This document shows, in pieces, positions 17,901 through 20,000 of a stretch of DNA of 20,000 nucleotides. The notes below the pieces were generated by a model that saw nothing but the letters and a program-made list of their open reading frames with translations, was not told where the DNA came from and made no database searches. Position 1 is the stretch's first letter, and the number at the start of each line of letters is the position of its first letter. The stretch spans positions 106,750 through 126,749 of the IMG/VR virus record IMGVR_UViG_3300042691_036566, one strand, 5' to 3'. Both the position numbers and the translations under genes were made by a program. Source of the DNA: an uncultured virus (IMG/VR IMGVR_UViG_3300042691_036566) (lineage: Duplodnaviria; Heunggongvirae; Uroviricota; Caudoviricetes).

Positions 17901-20000
17901 AACAAATCAATATAAATTAGAAGAAAATAAAATATTTTATGAGCCATACATGCTAAATGAATATGATAATATTTCTTCTTCATTCGCAAATGAAGGTCTT
18001 CAATTAAAACTAGACATTAAAGATGTGGAAATAAATAAACTAGACTATTCTAAATATAGATTTTTATATGAGAACAATTCTTCGTTTGAGCTAAAAAGAG
18101 CGGAACATAAGAAAAAAATATTCCCTTCTAAATTATATTCAACTCTTAGTAGAATAAGAAGTAAACCAAACTATGAATCAGATGGAACTACGGGATCAAA
18201 TGGAAGAAATGGAAATATTGCTAATGTGAGAACTTTTTGGAAAGATAATATATTAAATAGAATAAGATCAACACATATTTCAACCAGTTCTTTTGGTGCT
18301 CTTGAATCAAGTTCTTATTCATCTTATTTTTCAGGATCTAACACTCTAAGAGGAAAAACTGTAAGATCAGATATAATTACAGCTTGTCATTATAATGATA
18401 ATTGGTTAGCACATCCTAACCATTTATACTTAGTACACCCTCTAACTTCTTCTTTTGATACTTTCCACACTTCTAGTATTTTTGAATTAGATAAATCATT
18501 TAGTCCATTAATTACAAGAAGTGTTACGATAGGATCAAGATTAAGTCATATTATGACTGGAAGTAATTATATATATGGAGAGTTGGTTCCATATACGGAA
18601 TATGAGACATTATTTTCTGTATTATCAATGTCAAATAGTGAATTTATCCCAAGACCACAATTGTTCTTTATGAATCCAGGCCCAAAGTTTGTTACTGGAG
18701 GGGTTGAGTTTGTTTCATTTAATACAGGAACAACATATACAATGACTTCTAGTGGTAAAAAACCATTTTTTGATTCTTATCAAGATTTTTATGAAGATAT
18801 TAAATATTCAGCATATGAATATTCTTACGTACCAGAATATAAATTTCATGATGTTTCTGACTTTTATATAAAAGATAACAATGGTGATTTTAATGCTATA
18901 TATACTTCTTCTTATTTATCTTTAGATGGAGCAGACGAAGAATTTATAAATGTTACAGGCAATCTAAATTTAACCAACAACTTCCATTCTGATATTTTTG
19001 AAGAAATAGGTAATAAGAAATTAGAAATAACTATTGATGGTATCAAAAAGCTGTTGCCATATAAAGGATTTTATCCTTCAGAGAGATCTGTACAATTATT
19101 TTACCATTTTTGTAATTCATGGGTTGGGGATTCAACAGAAAGGGGAAGACATACTGTATCATATGGAGCAACTGATTATCTCGGTCCAACATATAATCAA
19201 CAGATGCTTTCCTTAACTCAACCTTTATTTTCACCTGGTATATTATTTAATAGTATTAAAGCTGGTATAGCCTGTGATTGGCCTGCTTATATAAATACTG
19301 GATCTTTTGGGGATAGTGAGATAAATAATAATTATAGAAGATTACCTCATTTTTATACAACCGGTGCCTTAGTTAGAGGCTGGGAACGAACTGGTGGACC
19401 GTTTGGGTCGCCATATCTTACAGTTATTACTGGCGCTGTAGAAAGAGAATTTCAACTTAGAAGTAGAGCTAACTATAGAATGCCATTTGAATCTTTATTA
19501 GAGTTTGATACAATTATACCAGCTAACATAGCTCAAAGCGCATCTCTCTACTACATAAATCCAGCATATTATAGTTATAGTATGATATCAGCATCAACTC
19601 CAGAATCGGAAGATAGGTCTAACTATATTGTTCCTTTTTATAACTTAAGCACTAATCTCACTGGCGTTGCAAACAATACATTTAATTTTAAAGATAATAG
19701 ATATAAAATGGCTATGCACAATTTCTTATCCGAGATTCCTAACTTTTTTTTAAAAAATAAAGGACTTACATCATTTGTATCTTCACCTCAGAAAGATTTT
19801 AAAGTTGCTGTATCTGGAGTTGCCTATACTTTAGACATAGTGCTATCTAAAGAAGAAAACCTTAATAAAGATTATTCAGCGAGTGGAAGTAGAAATCACT
19901 ATGGACCTGGATTTTGCAGTTATGCATCAACCTTACCAGGTAATACTGTTTATATAGAAGGAATGATAGACTCAGCTGTAAATTCGTGGACACATGGAGC
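11965..20000 (+). CDS. Giant (>2678 aa, 3'-truncated) gp7/P2-gpI-like baseplate wedge protein with LamG-like and beta-propeller domains
   Basis: ATG at 11965, 2 nt after the preceding TAA. I translated frame +1 by hand to base 20000 and found no stop. It begins MNLKDLLELNNSTQKESLD and contains IYNNLIYLYKSKGTSKSIRNLLRTFGI (KGT at 13633-13641) and LSRLVPASA...IESHVMERNK (about 15130-15213). Confidence 0.88.
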   Translation, partial: MNLKDLLELNNSTQKESLDSINEKLGSKEYMEQAVTERERTYYPVDYSTASYFARYGSAEKYYTDSINNIYLTYPYDGSKKERQEWRNNATDLDLHILDNSYPKTTGFINLGSSSWNSYYVSSTTTSRPQYIIFYGNYNSSSIFTKADKTESDINYNLNLDGRRGNTIEFWFKRNGSPSNIQRVFDFWNNVTASSSDYGRFAGYFQDSNLVLTYRSGSYGYVNSVKTISSVTTQIDSWHHYAISVINSGSNLVTKVYLDGVLVSTSASAGQTTNGFLSSSYNITGVLGSGMLSTLGLTQGPTLYSVYGSFDEFRFWNEERDESDIRLNMYSHVGGGVNNDENNQNLGVYYKFNEGTTGTSSIDSICLDYSGHICNGTIVNYFNSSDRSTGSAMELANPSITEPKDPIIYANHSDVVNLYSLYETTGSEYDENNPNMLINTIPSWIVEEEQREGRDEIKNLMQIIGSYFDNLHVQIDKLKTLGYSEYPSFGSEKALPFYDKILTSYDFDVSDILSDTSLYELLDSKNKNLNFDEKVHEVKNQILRNIYNNLIYLYKSKGTSKSIRNLLRTFGIDEKIVKPNIYANNSEYLIEDNLEQETYTRRYVNFNNTSSFSATVFQSASVFGQSDERGYLRISSSLNNFELVPNTIEAEIFLPKKFEDDSPQYFEFGYLTSSIYGVYQAASDERDLSFQSPDNFNFQVYAVKTSYESPHIRFVLSSSAFGGKYLESPIIYNAYNDERWNLAVRILHPKYELADISFASASEDYRLEFYGVNTVAGDIVNSFSSSTTITNATAVSALKNFRRLYVGANRQNFTGSVINYSDVGVFSVKYWLNYLDNTQINNHALNPDLYGIKDPDAIAYKGINSLRTLNITNLDTLVLHWNFDNITGSNSGGNFYSYDLSSGSLNDRRYGDYSQNLFKKHSARGYGFPSSNSEVGKSYYLSSNKSKLPEIISGDDMIQIVSNETIRTNKDVKTTDYQMIFEKSMYQTISEDAIKLFSSVNDLNTIIGHKINNYSDNYKQLEYFRTLYFNKLGSTPDLEKYIEFYKWIDSSIIEMLSRLVPASAQSNNFISNTIESHVMERNKIRQSRAFSMISNPPQKSIFISSPTSITTTNINYSDIKPPSSPSGKTWAKQRANRVTDVSSSSGVLEVDADREQIRKASYHKNINTIYNAFDKNLNIAYNNYEDKVRLFSNALSVVSSVHDLKPMNKYKFIKSLYAQGNNFNIIFSASVNESTEDLSLLKQKLYTSISGNLDDLFSLNSEGILPFSVFKNTSNNTNYITNNFSDAYTETREIGLQGPFTDAHVGGNSHRHNSINQTLDRKELYLTDGSSSVAPAASINGLLYRNTRIKSPVNIRNIQHNISKEELGNYSKGYEVLSLNSRYDTNTELINSGAMNYSSTASSNSIFREKQLRERKANSTVIVNRFSTPGAETNARGALDEDSEEYSVYNSINNRNQKVRKYLNAWHSNTSSIDSNFPSLHKVNKNALYQAVLSGTSTTITTQGVEYDNQFVQHQIPRSDRNYSWITASVTGNLGIGGYINSQASSSLANYITFLTGVNETIESIYVKNRDSIVQYGLEIYFKPDGKRLYATAGGVAANSTLWQYDLQYAWDITSIISTGSINIGTLLGGSAAGIYPQGIWINPNGREIFILDEYNSRITKSSTLAAADAWNFLKLSTVAAQTLVTGSNMGKGLEFKPDGTKMYIANNVDKKIYQFSLATPFTINAGVTRDSAEIHTSSSFATSLTGCAVLMGNPDSIRFSSDGTKLYVSSDVQDDDPLLLPDGLYEFTLSTAWDISSARLTNRIIQYSSFTNYDMTAAGLYVRDTSGTLENISFYVYDFLNSPPNIYNVIKKVEPVSVSNIFMGNTKTYDRSSNLVYLNNEALTDLSGPNRNPYREFLLNNNSVYRYPSWKQIRNNDNNLVRLNKKENIITVQDNEISTQDRQSSGFLNTFSSYKEPPVQYNYPIKQVILDKTKNSILTNQYKLEENKIFYEPYMLNEYDNISSSFANEGLQLKLDIKDVEINKLDYSKYRFLYENNSSFELKRAEHKKKIFPSKLYSTLSRIRSKPNYESDGTTGSNGRNGNIANVRTFWKDNILNRIRSTHISTSSFGALESSSYSSYFSGSNTLRGKTVRSDIITACHYNDNWLAHPNHLYLVHPLTSSFDTFHTSSIFELDKSFSPLITRSVTIGSRLSHIMTGSNYIYGELVPYTEYETLFSVLSMSNSEFIPRPQLFFMNPGPKFVTGGVEFVSFNTGTTYTMTSSGKKPFFDSYQDFYEDIKYSAYEYSYVPEYKFHDVSDFYIKDNNGDFNAIYTSSYLSLDGADEEFINVTGNLNLTNNFHSDIFEEIGNKKLEITIDGIKKLLPYKGFYPSERSVQLFYHFCNSWVGDSTERGRHTVSYGATDYLGPTYNQQMLSLTQPLFSPGILFNSIKAGIACDWPAYINTGSFGDSEINNNYRRLPHFYTTGALVRGWERTGGPFGSPYLTVITGAVEREFQLRSRANYRMPFESLLEFDTIIPANIAQSASLYYINPAYYSYSMISASTPESEDRSNYIVPFYNLSTNLTGVANNTFNFKDNRYKMAMHNFLSEIPNFFLKNKGLTSFVSSPQKDFKVAVSGVAYTLDIVLSKEENLNKDYSASGSRNHYGPGFCSYASTLPGNTVYIEGMIDSAVNSWTHG
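12460..13100 (+). other. LamG / concanavalin A-like domain 1 within the giant ORF
   Basis: NTIEFWFKR...SWHHYAISV...TKVYLDG...GSFDEFRFWNEER...LGVYYKFNEG...DYSG..NGT is the canonical LamG-like motif series. Confidence 0.85.
13890..14680 (+). other. Divergent LamG-like domain 2 within the giant ORF
   Basis: NTIEAEIF...RWNLAVRI...LYVGA...VKYWLNYLD...LVLHWNFD parallels the motif order of domain 1 but is degenerate. Confidence 0.55.
16690..17480 (+). repeat. Four clear plus one degenerate beta-propeller blade repeats (about 55-60 aa) within the giant ORF
   Basis: Repeats are IYFKPDGKRLYA..WQYDLQYAWDITS / GIWINPNGREIFI..AWN / GLEFKPDGTKMYI..YQFSLATPFTI / IRFSSDGTKLYV..YEFTLSTAWDISS / AGLYVRD..FYVYD. 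DNA echoes: TTTAAACCAGATGG at 16708 and 17050, and GCTTGGGATATA at 16792 and 17341. Confidence 0.85.

Noticed and set aside
18184..18219. Collagen-like Gly-X-Y run (GTT GSN GRN GNI)
   Set aside because: Only four triplets, too short for a collagen helix.
106..19234. Short minus-strand ORFs of 61-87 aa and the + strand ORF 19034..19216 in the track
   Set aside because: All lie inside long, motif-supported + strand genes and show no recognisable motifs. They are expected shadow ORFs.
1..20000. Genome-wide stop-codon reassignment (TAG or TGA recoding, known in some large phages)
   Set aside because: About 6600 codons read through under the standard code with near-complete coding density and no internal TAG or TGA, so recoding is not needed.
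1..20000. Interpretation as a bacterial T6SS or Afp/PVC-type eCIS locus
   Set aside because: The T4-like full-length gp6, the giant decorated wedge protein and the absence of Tss/Afp-specific genes fit a large phage better. It cannot be fully excluded without seeing capsid or terminase genes outside the window.

Overview
AT-rich window, almost entirely coding on the + strand, with seven tightly packed genes. It looks like the baseplate module of a large contractile-tailed phage (myovirus, probably jumbo-sized), or less likely another contractile injection system. Gene order: 5'-truncated NlpC/P60- or CHAP-like cell-wall hydrolase; gp5/gpV-like central spike with an HxH motif; 2226-aa unknown protein; gp25-like wedge subunit; gp6-like wedge subunit; DNRLRE-like domain protein; and a giant ORF (11965 to >20000, >2678 aa) that the supplied track omits because it has no stop in the window. 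My hand translation of the giant ORF shows a gp7/P2-gpI-like wedge core carrying two LamG-like domains and a beta-propeller repeat block. The most unusual signal is strong enrichment of a [S/T]-[G/A/S]-S tripeptide confined to the last two, probably surface-exposed, proteins, which may be a modification (glycosylation) sequon. I found no RNA genes, CRISPR arrays or mobile elements. All family calls come from motifs recognised by eye; no searches were run.
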